DNA of 64,000 bases from a virus (Duplodnaviria > Heunggongvirae > Uroviricota > Caudoviricetes). A program made the translations under genes and the position numbers. Where the stretch lies: IMG/VR virus record IMGVR_UViG_3300017978_000250, positions 1-64,000 of that record; one strand, given 5' to 3'. The notes under the pieces are model-generated. The model was given only the letters and a program-made list of their open reading frames with translations. It ran no database searches and was not told where the DNA came from. Each line of letters opens with the position of its first letter. The stretch's first letter is position 1. Shown piece after piece: positions 36,313 through 44,288 of the stretch.

Positions 36313-36380
36313 AACAGGATCGTTTTTGTCGCTAGACATCCAAAGTTAGCTTTTTGATTGCTGAACCGATCCTAAAACTG
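36313..36380 (-). ncRNA. Y-RNA-like stem element (copy v) with compensatory stem change
   Basis: 5' GUUUUAGGAUCGGUUCAGCAA ... 3' CGAUCCUGUUAU: AGGAUCG pairs with CGAUCCU where other copies have AGGAUAC/GUAUCCU. Confidence 0.5.
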
Positions 36381-36382
36381 AG

Positions 36383-36449
36383 GCCCCTGTGAGAGGAATT
36401 GAACCTCTACCACCGCGCGCCGTGTATGCTCCCATTACACTACACAGGG
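36383..36449 (-). ncRNA. 67-nt tRNA-like RNA lacking an anticodon arm
   Basis: Perfect acceptor CCCTGTG/CACAGGG, D arm GTGT-AATGGGAGCAT-ACAC, T arm AGAGG-TTCAATT-CCTCT, only 13 nt where anticodon and variable arms should be. Confidence 0.5.
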
Positions 36450-36456
36450 ATTGAAT

Positions 36457-36576
36457 TGGTGCCGCCGGAAGGATTCGAACCTCCATTACTTCCTTGAAAT
36501 GGAATTTTATGTTGCTGTAAGTACTCTTGTCAGAGTAGACCTTTTTAAGCGTCCTAGCCAATTAGACGACAGCGGC
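36457..36576 (-). ncRNA. 120-nt tRNA-like RNA: anticodon arm replaced by about 65-nt insertion carrying UACUUACAGCAAC motif
   Basis: Acceptor GCCGCTG/CGGCGGC plus CCA, D arm GTC-TAATTGGCTAG-GAC, T arm GGAGG-TTCGAAT-CCTTC; inserted hairpin TACTCT-GACA-AGAGTA followed by TACTTACAGCAAC. Confidence 0.5.
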
Positions 36577-36582
36577 ATTGTT

Positions 36583-36657
36583 TGGAGGGTCGTACAAGAT
36601 TCGAACTTGTGACTGCTGGTTTCGAAGACCAGAACTCTTCCACTGAGTTAACGACCC
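36583..36657 (-). tRNA. tRNA-Arg(UCG)
   Basis: Anticodon stem CTGGT/ACCAG, loop CTTCGAA, T loop TTCGAAT, CCA. Confidence 0.7.
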
Positions 36658-36820
36658 ATTGAATAGGTTTTTGAGAGACCAACTATCTTTCTCAAGGACT
36701 CATTGGCTTGTCTCGATTGAGAGAGTTTAACGACCTTGTGTAGCTACTGGCGTGTCAGTCACAAGAATAGGGACCTAGCGCACAAGGGACTCAATCTCAT
36801 CGTCTATCTCAAAACTTGAA

Positions 36821-36901
36821 TGTGTGTTGCAGGATTCGAACCTACATCCGGAGGTTGTTACGCCTCATGTAATGACGCCCTAACATTTATACTAAACACA
36901 C
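36821..36901 (-). tRNA. tRNA (81 nt, no encoded CCA), anticodon unresolved
   Basis: Acceptor GTGTGTT/AACACAC, T arm GTAGG-TTCGAAT-CCTGC; internal region does not give a clean cloverleaf by eye. Confidence 0.4.
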
Positions 36902-36907
36902 AAAACT

Positions 36908-36982
36908 TGGTGCTCCATGACAGACTTGAACTGCCTTCTCCGGACTACAAAACCGGTGTTCTACCACGTGAACTAATAGAGC
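36908..36982 (-). tRNA. tRNA-Thr(UGU) (Gln not excluded)
   Basis: D stem GTTC/GAAC, anticodon stem CCGGT/TCCGG with loop TTTGTAG, T loop TTCAAGT, CCA. Confidence 0.6.
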
Positions 36983-37113
36983 ATAATATAACAGGATACA
37001 TCTAGTGACCGAGTATGAATCGGTTGCTCTACCTTAGAGCGTATTTGGCAAACGCCAAATGTTGGAATCGAACCAACTGACTTTGTAAGTCGTTGCTGTA
37101 AGTATCCTAAAAC
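36983..37113 (-). ncRNA. Y-RNA-like RNA (copy i) with circularly permuted tRNA-like domain
   Basis: 5' GUUUUAGGAUACUUACAGCAAC; then T arm GTTGG-TTCGATT-CCAAC; acceptor stem closed by loop ATTTGGC-GTTT-GCCAAAT; D arm GCTC/GAGC; anticodon-like arm ACCGA-TTCATAC-TCGGT; 3' GUAUCCUGUUAUA pairs with 5' AGGAUAC; flanked by a tRNA 3' end and a tRNA 5' end. Confidence 0.55.
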
Positions 37114-37188
37114 TGGCGATGCATGGGAGAATCGAACTCCCGTCTCCGGATAGACAATCCGGGATAATGACCATTATATGAATGCACC
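37114..37188 (-). tRNA. tRNA, anticodon GUC-like (Asp?)
   Basis: Anticodon stem CCGGA/TCCGG with loop TTGTCTA, T arm GGGAG-TTCGATT-CTCCC, CCA; AT-rich D arm. Confidence 0.5.
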
Positions 37189-37195
37189 TTAAACT

Positions 37196-37273
37196 TGGCT
37201 CCGTGACTAGGGATCGAACCTAGCTTATTTCTGATTAACAGTCAGACGCCTACACCTTGCTTGCTCTCACGGA
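37196..37273 (-). tRNA. tRNA-Asn(GUU)-like
   Basis: Anticodon stem TCTGA/TCAGA, loop CTGTTAA, T arm CTAGG-TTCGATC-CCTAG, CCA. Confidence 0.55.
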
Positions 37274-37280
37274 ATAAAAT

Positions 37281-37355
37281 TGGTAGCCACGGACAATTTT
37301 GAAATGTCGACCTATCGCTTATCAAGCGAGTGCTCTTCCTCTGAGCTACGCGGCT
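37281..37355 (-). tRNA. tRNA-Ile(GAU)
   Basis: D stem GCTC/GAGC, loop TTGATAA, CCA. Confidence 0.65.
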
Positions 37356-37372
37356 ATATGTTTGGTGCCTCC

Positions 37373-37447
37373 ACCTGGGTTCGAACCAGGGACTCCCACC
37401 TTATCAAGATGATACTCTACCACTGAGTTATAGAGGCATTAATTGTT
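37373..37447 (-). tRNA. tRNA-Ile(GAU)-like (second copy)
   Basis: Loop TTGATAA, T arm CCTGG-TTCGAAC-CCAGG, CCA. Confidence 0.6.
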
Positions 37448-37457
37448 TGGTGGATGT

Positions 37458-37532
37458 AAGTAGATTCGAACTACTGACCTGCTCCGTATGAAGGAGATGC
37501 ACTACCGCTGTGCTATACATCCATTGTATATT
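37458..37532 (-). tRNA. tRNA-Met(CAU)
   Basis: Loop TTCATAC, D stem GCAC/GTGC, T loop TTCGAAT, CCA. Confidence 0.7.
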
Positions 37533-37541
37533 GGTGCGTGA

Positions 37542-37616
37542 TGAAAGGATTGAACTTTCGACCTCTTCAATGTCACTGAAGCGTTCTACCACTGAACTAA
37601 TCACGCATGACAGGAT
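37542..37616 (-). tRNA. tRNA-Val(GAC)
   Basis: Anticodon stem CTTCA/TGAAG with loop GTGACAT, D stem GTTC/GAAC, CCA. Confidence 0.65.
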
Positions 37617-37728
37617 ACATTTACTTTTTGCTGGCTGCTCTACCATTGAGCTACATCCTTTCGGAGATGGGACTCGAACCCACAACAGGCTAGTTGGACA
37701 GTAAAAATTGCTGTTAGTATCCTAAAAC
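37617..37728 (-). ncRNA. Y-RNA-like RNA (copy ii) with permuted tRNA-like domain and GNRA-capped acceptor-like stem
   Basis: 5' GUUUUAGGAUACUAACAGCAAUUUUUACUG; T arm GTGGG-TTCGAGT-CCCAT; stem CATCTCC-GAAA-GGATG; D arm GCTC-AATGGTA-GAGC; 3' GCCAGCAAAAAGUAAAUGUAUCCUGUC pairs back to the 5' end (AGGAUAC/GUAUCCU plus UUUUU/AAAAA); sits exactly between tRNA-Trp 3' end and tRNA-Val 5' end. Confidence 0.55.
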
Positions 37729-37802
37729 TGGCGTCCCCCCAGGGAGTCGAACCCCGGCCTGCGGATTTGGAATCCGTAATGCTACCGTAACACTTGGGAG
37801 AC
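37729..37802 (-). tRNA. tRNA-Trp(CCA)
   Basis: Loop TTCCAAA, T arm CCGGGG-TTCGACT-CCCTGG, CCA. Confidence 0.8.
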
Positions 37803-37809
37803 ATAAAAC

Positions 37810-37886
37810 TGGAACACGGGGTGAGATTCGAACTCACGAAAAACTGGTTTGCAATCAGTCACATTAGACCACTCTGTCACCCGTGC
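37810..37886 (-). tRNA. tRNA-Cys(GCA)-like (second copy)
   Basis: Loop TTGCAAA with A:C 31:39, T arm GTGAG-TTCGAAT-CTCAC, CCA. Confidence 0.5.
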
Positions 37887-37894
37887 ATAAACTT

Positions 37895-37968
37895 TGGTGC
37901 TCAAACGTAGAATCGAACTACGATATCTGTCATACCAAGACAGTGTTCTTCCATTAAACTATATGAGC
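37895..37968 (-). tRNA. tRNA-Thr(GGU)
   Basis: Perfect anticodon stem CTGTC/GACAG, loop TTGGTAT, CCA. Confidence 0.8.
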
Positions 37969-37970
37969 AT

Positions 37971-38047
37971 TGGCGCCACCGAAGAGATTCGAACTCCTGA
38001 CTCCTTCGTTCGTAGCGAAGTACTCTAATCCACTGAGTTACGGCGGC
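37971..38047 (-). tRNA. tRNA-Arg(ACG)
   Basis: Anticodon stem CTTCG/CGAAG, loop CTACGAA, D stem GCTC/GAGT, CCA. Confidence 0.8.
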
Positions 38048-38148
38048 ATAAATTGCTGGCAGTCCTTGGGGCTTGTACCCCTGCGTTTTCTAAGTCGTGT
38101 CCCGTCTGCCGTAGGACGCACGAGCGCAGCTTTCTTCTGGCCAGAATC

Positions 38149-38224
38149 TGGCACCCCCTGATGGACTCGAACCACCGCATGTCGGAATCAAAATCCGATG
38201 CCTTACCAACTTGGCGAAGAGGGT
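38149..38224 (-). tRNA. tRNA-Gln(UUG)
   Basis: Perfect anticodon stem TCGGA/TCCGA, loop TTTTGAT, T arm GGTGG-TTCGAGT-CCATC, CCA. Confidence 0.75.
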
Positions 38225-38300
38225 ATATAAAACAGGATAGAATTTTTACTGGTTGAATTAAAAGTTCAGAGTATAAATGTTGCTGTTACTATCCTAAAAC
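38225..38300 (-). ncRNA. Y-RNA-like stem element (copy iii), no tRNA-like domain
   Basis: 5' GUUUUAGGAUAGUAACAGCAAC ... 3' CUAUCCUGUUUUAUAU; AGGAUAG pairs with CUAUCCU; bounded by the tRNA 3' end at 38301 and the tRNA-Gln 5' end. Confidence 0.5.
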
Positions 38301-38375
38301 TGGTGGAGACCGAGGGAGTTGAACCCTTCTAGTCAGCAATCTTGCAAGGATCACCCGTAGCCCGCTACTGTCCCC
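38301..38375 (-). tRNA. tRNA-like gene, anticodon uncertain (UGC-like)
   Basis: Acceptor GGGGACA/GGTCTCC, T loop TTCAACT, CCA; contains ATTGCTGA motif. Confidence 0.4.
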
Positions 38376-38381
38376 ATATCT

Positions 38382-38467
38382 TGGTGGTGCGTGAAGGAAT
38401 CGAACCTAATTGCTGCCACTACACTTTTAAGCAACTGTTTTACAGACAGCCGTGTAGAACACACACC
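38382..38467 (-). tRNA. 86-nt tRNA-like gene with long extra arm, GUA-like loop
   Basis: Acceptor GGTGTGT/ACGCACC plus CCA, TTCGATT T loop, internal hairpin CTGT-CTGTAAA-ACAG, GTTGCT motif. Confidence 0.4.
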
Positions 38468-38562
38468 ATTAACTAATTTGTAGAGTACGAAACCATCTGT
38501 ACACTTACGCTACTTGACTTCTCACACCCGGGTGTTTACGTCTGGGTCATCACTACAAAACT

Positions 38563-38638
38563 TGGTACTGAGTACGGGAATCGAACCCGTCTTTCCGACT
38601 TGAAAGGCCAGCGTCCTAAACCGATAGACGAACCCAGT
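38563..38638 (-). tRNA. tRNA-Glu(UUC)-like (second copy)
   Basis: Loop CTTTCAA, D stem GTCT/GGAC, T arm ACGGG-TTCGATT-CCCGT, CCA. Confidence 0.55.
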
Positions 38639-38646
38639 ATAAATTG

Positions 38647-38720
38647 TGGTCACCGCGGGCAGAGTCGAACTGCCGCTTCCTGTATCCAAGACAGGGATGC
38701 TACCGTAACATTTCGCGGAG
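38647..38720 (-). tRNA. tRNA-Pro(UGG)-like (second copy)
   Basis: Perfect anticodon stem CCTGT/ACAGG, loop CTTGGAT, T arm GGCAG-TTCGACT-CTGCC, CCA; U2:U71 mismatch. Confidence 0.6.
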
Positions 38721-38727
38721 ATAAATT

Positions 38728-38801
38728 TGGTGCGGGGTAAGGGAGTTGAACCCTTGACTAAACGTTGGCAACGTTTGATTTTACCGTTAAACTAACCACG
38801 C
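38728..38801 (-). tRNA. tRNA-Gly(GCC)-like (second copy)
   Basis: Perfect anticodon stem AAACG/CGTTT, loop TTGCCAA, T arm AAGGG-TTCAACT-CCCTT, CCA. Confidence 0.6.
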
Positions 38802-38808
38802 ATAAACT

Positions 38809-38883
38809 TGGTAGGGGTGCTTGGAATCGAACCAAGATTAGCGAGTTCAAAGCCCGCGGTGATAACCATTACACTACACCCCA
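38809..38883 (-). tRNA. tRNA-Gln(UUG)-like with U1/U72 mismatch
   Basis: Acceptor TGGGGTG, anticodon stem GCGGG/CTCGC, loop CTTTGAA, T arm CTTGG-TTCGATT-CCAAG, CCA. Confidence 0.6.
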
Positions 38884-39267
38884 ACAAATACTATTCATTA
38901 GTATATAAGCAGTGCCCGTCAGAAGGATACTGTACTTTTCATCTTATTATACTAATGAATAGCATCTTTCGATGCTATGATAGGGTTGATACCCTACCCA
39001 GTGATTTTAGTCTCTGCATTATCGCTACAGATTTCATCCTACTGTCCGCCCATTCGATACACTTAACGCTGTATTCCGGCTCTCGTTGCCTATTCACGTT
39101 TGAGTTTAACGAGCTTTCAGGACGTGCCTTACTTTCTTGTCAAACTCTTTTTGATTGAGATATCGTTGAACTTTATCTTCAATCAATTTTTTTCTTTCTT
39201 CCTCAGTGTAAGAATGATTCTTCAACCATTCAGACCTGTCATTCTTCAATTCTTTTATGTCCATATA

Positions 39268-39305
39268 AACAAAAACCCCTGAGACTTTTAGTTCCCAGGG
39301 GTTTC
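39268..39305. terminator. bidirectional intrinsic terminator separating tRNA region from downstream island
   Basis: AAAAACCCCTGAG-acttttagtt-CCCAGGGGTTT with A/T runs on both sides. Confidence 0.6.
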
Positions 39306-39561
39306 ATAAAACTTTAGAGTAGTTACTTTAAGCGTAACCTGCTCCTTCTATGAAACTCCCTGGTAGCCCCTCATCATTATATGATGTGCGAATACTTGGG
39401 TTAAACGTACCTGCAAAGGCTGACACGGGTTGCTGTGGTAACCACATGCCCAAATGTCTTAGCGATTTACAAGTAATATTTTTCATAGTCTTTTATTTAG
39501 TCCTGGTTAAAAATTTCTTCAATTTAATAGTGTTTTTTTCACTTTTTGTTTCGATGTGTCT

Positions 39562-39590
39562 ATTATATAACAGGTTTCATTTGTTGTCAA
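39562..39590 (-). promoter_or_regulatory. sigma70 consensus-type promoter
   Basis: Minus TTGACAACAAATGAAACCTGTTATATAAT. Confidence 0.6.
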
Positions 39591-39672
39591 CACTTTTTTA
39601 AAGTATTTTCAATTTTGTTACCCGAAACATAGAGACTCTTGTTTCATTGTTGATTTCTCAACTCATGCATGT

Positions 39673-39701
39673 ATTATAGCAGGTTTATCATTTACTGTCA
39701 A
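39673..39701 (-). promoter_or_regulatory. sigma70 consensus-type promoter
   Basis: Minus TTGACAGTAAATGATAAACCTGCTATAAT; overlaps start region of the first plus-strand island gene. Confidence 0.6.
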
Positions 39702-39722
39702 CCTTTGTTGCTAAATATCTTT

Positions 39723-40973
39723 ATGATATTTAACCCGAGAGACTATTCAGTAATTTTTCTTAGTTTCGATGAACCGAACTGTGAAGAAAACTATCAACAC
39801 CTTTTGACACTTTGCCCCACTGCTCTTAGAGTACATGGAGTAAAGGGTTCAGACACCGCACACAAAGAAGTTGCTAAACTTTCTAAAACTTCTAACGTGA
39901 TTATAGTCGATGGTGATAATTTTGTCAAGCCTGAATTCTTCACTAAGACTTTTAACTTAGTAGATTCAGTGGACTTGAGTACTACTGTTTTAAGTTATAG
40001 TGCTTTCAACCCTGTAAACGGGAACTCTTATGGGAACGGTGGCATCAAAGTCTGGCCCGTTTCCAAGCTACTTTCGATGAGAACACACGAAAATGCGACT
40101 GAGGGAACTAGTGTAGACTTTGACTTTAAGAGCTACTTAGAGCTAAATTTTGTTGGTTCTATCACTGACATTACAGCAAGTCCGTTGCAAGCGTTTAAAG
40201 CTGGGTTCCGTGAAGGATCCAAGCTATGCATGGAAAACAATCAAATAGTCACATACGTAAATGAGATAAACTGGAAGAACTACGAAAGACTATGGCGCTG
40301 GACTCATATTGGTGGTGACGTAGAGAACGGTTTATGGGCAATCTACGGAGCTCGTATGGGCTACTACATGTCAATGGTTCACAGGGGTGACTTTTCTAAG
40401 ATTAAAGATGCTGACCATTTGAAGGCAGTGTTCAACGAAACAACGTTTAACTTAACATCTTTGTTTACCGAAGTGAACAAACTTACCCCGTTGATTCGCA
40501 AGGCAACAATGGATAACAGATTTGTTGACATATATGGAATCGAAGAAAGCAAAGAATTCAGAGAGAAAGTTCCCTGCACGATTCGTGGGTTACAGGATTT
40601 CATCAAGTATCAATACAACGAGACACCGCAAGTGTTCTTTGTGGGCGCCGGGTCTGATGAAAATTTCAATAGGCTGTTGCAAAAAGAACCCAAAGCAACA
40701 AGAGTAGATTCATATCTCAGTGCCGCACAACAGGCAACTACAGATTATTTTTGGGTAGTCGATTCAAATCAATATATAGTAGATAGATTCGAATTTGAAT
40801 TCAACGTTCCATTCTACGACAACCCAAAAACTAGAGTGTGGCGAAATCAACGTAATGCAAATGATACAGTATACGGAGAGAACGGAGTAAAGTTGTTGAA
40901 TAGATTTTCAACAATCATAGGCGAACAACTACCGGTCGAATCTATATTTGAAATCAGTAGCATCAATGACTAA
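39723..40973 (+). CDS. hypothetical protein, possible nucleotide-sugar (DxD) transferase
   Basis: Start set at MIFNPRDY; IIVDGDNFV DxD-like motif; function weakly supported. Confidence 0.5.
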   Translation: MIFNPRDYSVIFLSFDEPNCEENYQHLLTLCPTALRVHGVKGSDTAHKEVAKLSKTSNVIIVDGDNFVKPEFFTKTFNLVDSVDLSTTVLSYSAFNPVNGNSYGNGGIKVWPVSKLLSMRTHENATEGTSVDFDFKSYLELNFVGSITDITASPLQAFKAGFREGSKLCMENNQIVTYVNEINWKNYERLWRWTHIGGDVENGLWAIYGARMGYYMSMVHRGDFSKIKDADHLKAVFNETTFNLTSLFTEVNKLTPLIRKATMDNRFVDIYGIEESKEFREKVPCTIRGLQDFIKYQYNETPQVFFVGAGSDENFNRLLQKEPKATRVDSYLSAAQQATTDYFWVVDSNQYIVDRFEFEFNVPFYDNPKTRVWRNQRNANDTVYGENGVKLLNRFSTIIGEQLPVESIFEISSIND

Positions 40974-41937
40974 CCCAATAAACTTTTCTGAAATCCCATT
41001 TGATAAGATAGTAAAATTCGGACAAGACACAATGCTAGACAAAGACTTGTTTAGCGTTAGTTGGATTCTGGGTAGATTCTGCAACTACAAATGCAGCTAT
41101 TGCTGGCCCTATGCTAACAGTCAAACACCTGACCATCAAGAGTTAGAAGTCTATACACGTGCGATAGACGAGATTAGATTCCAAGCTGCGAACAACGGGT
41201 TCACTAAGTTTCACTGGAGCTTTAGTGGGGGTGAGCCCACAGCATACAAACACTTGCCCGTACTAATGAGTAAGGTCTTGTATGATAGTGTTCACATGAC
41301 AACTAACTTGAGCCCAGGCATTCAATGGTGGGATAGATGGTTAGAGAACACACAACTAAGCAGACGCCGTAGTCTCACCGCAAGCTATCATCACGAGTTT
41401 GCAAACGAACAAGAGTTTGGAGACAAGATACTTCACTTGATGAAGAACAATGTATTTGTCACTGTAAATCAAGTTATGGTCCCTGGACACTTTGATGAAC
41501 TATATGAACGTTGTGAACGTTTCCATAAGCGTGGCATCAACGTAACACTAAAGCCACAGAGCAATGAACAAGCAAACGGGATAGTTGATGGTTACACTGA
41601 CGTTATGATACACAAGATGCGTACAGGGTTTCCGCAACAAGTAAACGAACAAGAACTATTGCAAGTTAAACTAATAGACGACACTAAGAAAGTGTGGTGG
41701 CTTGACCAAGCTGAACGTTTCAATAGTTTTGGGTTCAACAAGTTCAATGGCTGGACTTGCAATGCTGGATATCAAAGTGTTATAATAAGGGGTAATGAAG
41801 TTAAACGAGCATACAGTTGCCATGCAGCAGAATTAGGAACATTAGATAACTTTACGCTATTTGATAGCCCTGAGCGATGTGTTACACCTACATGTGTTAG
41901 TTCCGCAGACAGTAAGATACCAAAATGGAAAGACTAA
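40948..41937 (+). CDS. radical SAM enzyme with SPASM/twitch-like C-terminal Cys cluster (paralog group A)
   Basis: CNYKCSYCW CxxxCxxC, FSGGEPT, C-terminal WTCNAGY...SCH...CVTPTC cysteines. Confidence 0.8.
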   Translation: MKSVASMTNPINFSEIPFDKIVKFGQDTMLDKDLFSVSWILGRFCNYKCSYCWPYANSQTPDHQELEVYTRAIDEIRFQAANNGFTKFHWSFSGGEPTAYKHLPVLMSKVLYDSVHMTTNLSPGIQWWDRWLENTQLSRRRSLTASYHHEFANEQEFGDKILHLMKNNVFVTVNQVMVPGHFDELYERCERFHKRGINVTLKPQSNEQANGIVDGYTDVMIHKMRTGFPQQVNEQELLQVKLIDDTKKVWWLDQAERFNSFGFNKFNGWTCNAGYQSVIIRGNEVKRAYSCHAAELGTLDNFTLFDSPERCVTPTCVSSADSKIPKWKD

Positions 41938-42599
41938 TAGTTTTCGGATGCTCACTTTCATATGGTCATGGATTGTCCGATTGTTTCATCCCGCCAAACC
42001 TGCCCGGTGATAAGCATAGCAATCTAGGTTGGCCGTCAATTGTAGCAAAGCACATGAATAGGGTCTGCATCAATAAATCTAGTCCAGGTTCTAGCAACAA
42101 ACGAATATGGAACGAGGTAATTAACTTTGAGTACCACCCAAATGACATAGTAATTATTCAATGGAGTTTCATAGACCGCACTTCAATTATAAAAGTAAAT
42201 AACATAGAAGACATTGGTCCATGGACTAACCATACATTCTACAGCGACATGTATGATGAGAATGATAGCTTGCTAATGTCAAAGCTATTTGTTAATCATA
42301 GCAATATGTTTTTGCTATCAAAGAATATCAAACTATACAACTTAGTGCCAGGTAAAGAAGAACTAGCGTTACTAAAATTTAATGATACTACTACAGACCA
42401 TATACCTGTATATCTTAGTAAACTTAGAACACTATATCCATTTGCATTAGACAACCGACACCCAGGTATTGAATGCCAAGAAGTGTATAGCAAAAAAATA
42501 CTAGACTATCTCAATATACCAAACGATATGCCATATCACGAACCACATAATATGTGTTTTCGAATAAAACGATATTTAAAATTTTTGAGGGACAATTAA
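41925..42599 (+). CDS. SGNH/GDSL-like hydrolase
   Basis: N-terminal VFGCSLSYGHGL (GDS-like nucleophile block) and C-terminal DNRH (DxxH) block. Confidence 0.5.
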   Translation: MERLIVFGCSLSYGHGLSDCFIPPNLPGDKHSNLGWPSIVAKHMNRVCINKSSPGSSNKRIWNEVINFEYHPNDIVIIQWSFIDRTSIIKVNNIEDIGPWTNHTFYSDMYDENDSLLMSKLFVNHSNMFLLSKNIKLYNLVPGKEELALLKFNDTTTDHIPVYLSKLRTLYPFALDNRHPGIECQEVYSKKILDYLNIPNDMPYHEPHNMCFRIKRYLKFLRDN

Positions 42600-43210
42600 T
42601 GTTAATTGATACTGAACATTTACATCATTGGATGAACGCAGTGCGTATCTCCAATAACCCCATGCGTACATTAGACGCATTCTGGGGTGGACAAATCAAA
42701 AGTAAAGAATGGCTTATTGAACGTTTAGAAAGTGTTGTTGACCACACTGAGCCAGTAACGATTGAGATTCACGGCGGGTGGGTCGGAACACTAGCAAGTA
42801 TGTTGTTCCAATCTAAACTAAACATTAAGAGTATTCGCAGTGTTGACCTTGACCCATACGTTCAACACATTTCGGAAGAGATGAATCGTATTGAATATCA
42901 TCAGGGTAGATTCTCAGCTATCACGGCTGACATGTGTAACCTAACAAACTATTCTGCTGACATTGTAATCAATACAAGTTGTGAGCATATCACACAAGAA
43001 CAGTATGACAAATGGTTAGAGAATACACCTGAAAATTCTATGGTCATAGCACAAGGCAATAACTACAAGATAGACGAGCATATCCGAATCAGTGAAGACA
43101 TAGATGAATTTGAACAACAATGTCATCTCACACGCAAGTATGTAGGTACATTGCGTCTTCCACTATATGCCCGTTACATGATTATAGGTTACAAAAATGT
43201 ACAAGTTTAA
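42599..43210 (+). CDS. putative SAM-dependent methyltransferase
   Basis: Start at MLIDTEH after GAGGGA RBS; IEIHGGWVG glycine-rich motif-I-like segment; acidic motif-II-like DIVINTSCEH. Confidence 0.45.
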   Translation: MLIDTEHLHHWMNAVRISNNPMRTLDAFWGGQIKSKEWLIERLESVVDHTEPVTIEIHGGWVGTLASMLFQSKLNIKSIRSVDLDPYVQHISEEMNRIEYHQGRFSAITADMCNLTNYSADIVINTSCEHITQEQYDKWLENTPENSMVIAQGNNYKIDEHIRISEDIDEFEQQCHLTRKYVGTLRLPLYARYMIIGYKNVQV

Positions 43211-44288
43211 TGAATTAAATATTCTGGATATTGAAATCACTAGCAACTGCCAAGCAAGTTGCCCCATGTGCGCCAGAAACCACCACGGTGGCATGGAGAA
43301 CCCTTTACTTAATGTAAAGAGTATTTCAATTGACGGCTTTAAAACTGTTTGCCCTACCGAGTTCATTCAGCAACTAAAGACAATCTCATTCTGTGGTAAC
43401 TACGGTGATCCTATTCTCAACAAAGAACTAGTTGAAATGGTTGAGTACGCCAAAGAGACTAATCCGAATTTAAGTATAGAAGTTCACACAAATGGAAGTG
43501 CAAGAACCACTGAGTGGTGGACAAGATTAGCAAAGGCTCTACCCGAAAATCACCTAATTCATTTTGCGTTAGATGGGTTAGCAGACACACATCACTTGCA
43601 TAGAATTGGTACAGACTTTAACAAGATTATTGAGAATGCAAAGGCGTTTATAGCTGCCGGTGGAAGAGCAAGATGGGTGTACATCACGTTCAAACACAAT
43701 GAGCATCAGCTTGAAGAAGCACGTGAGATGAGCAAGGAACTAGGCTTTGAGAGTTTCCAAGAAAAGCAATCAAGTAGATTCATCACCGAGCCCTGGTTTG
43801 ATGTATTAGACCGTGACGGTAATGTAACTCATAGACTTGAGAGTCCTACTGAACAAAAACTAATCTTCATTGACCGCAAGACTGTTGAGAACTACAAGCA
43901 AATTCTTGGTTCAGCAACAATCGACTGTCAAGTAAAAAAGTCTAAAAGCGTTTACATAGATGCTAATGGACATCTTTTCCCGTGCTGTTATACAGGGGCT
44001 GTTCCTTATATTCACATAAAACCATCTCAATTAGTTTACAACTTTCAACAAGATAATAGACGCACGTTTTTTGAAATGGTTGACCGTTTCGGTGGCATGG
44101 ATTTCTTTAATCTATATAAACACAATATCAAAGATGTCATTGACAGTGAAGAATGGCAAACTATTTGGGGCGATGTTCTAGAAAACAATAAAATGTACAT
44201 GTGTGCTAGAGCATGCGGAAAATTTCCTAAGCCAGTTATAAGTCAAGGTCGTGACCAATTTTTAAAGCTAGATAACTTCAATGAGTAA
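43197..44288 (+). CDS. radical SAM/SPASM-domain enzyme (group B)
   Basis: CQASCPMC CxxxCxxC; FCGNYGDP; C-terminal CQV...FPCCY...CARACGK SPASM-like cluster. Confidence 0.8.
   Translation: MYKFNELNILDIEITSNCQASCPMCARNHHGGMENPLLNVKSISIDGFKTVCPTEFIQQLKTISFCGNYGDPILNKELVEMVEYAKETNPNLSIEVHTNGSARTTEWWTRLAKALPENHLIHFALDGLADTHHLHRIGTDFNKIIENAKAFIAAGGRARWVYITFKHNEHQLEEAREMSKELGFESFQEKQSSRFITEPWFDVLDRDGNVTHRLESPTEQKLIFIDRKTVENYKQILGSATIDCQVKKSKSVYIDANGHLFPCCYTGAVPYIHIKPSQLVYNFQQDNRRTFFEMVDRFGGMDFFNLYKHNIKDVIDSEEWQTIWGDVLENNKMYMCARACGKFPKPVISQGRDQFLKLDNFNE

Noticed and set aside
38888-38960. 16-bp inverted repeat CTATTCATTAGTATAT ... ATATACTAATGAATAG after the last tRNA
   Set aside because: No associated ORF or clear function; noted as structured spacer only.
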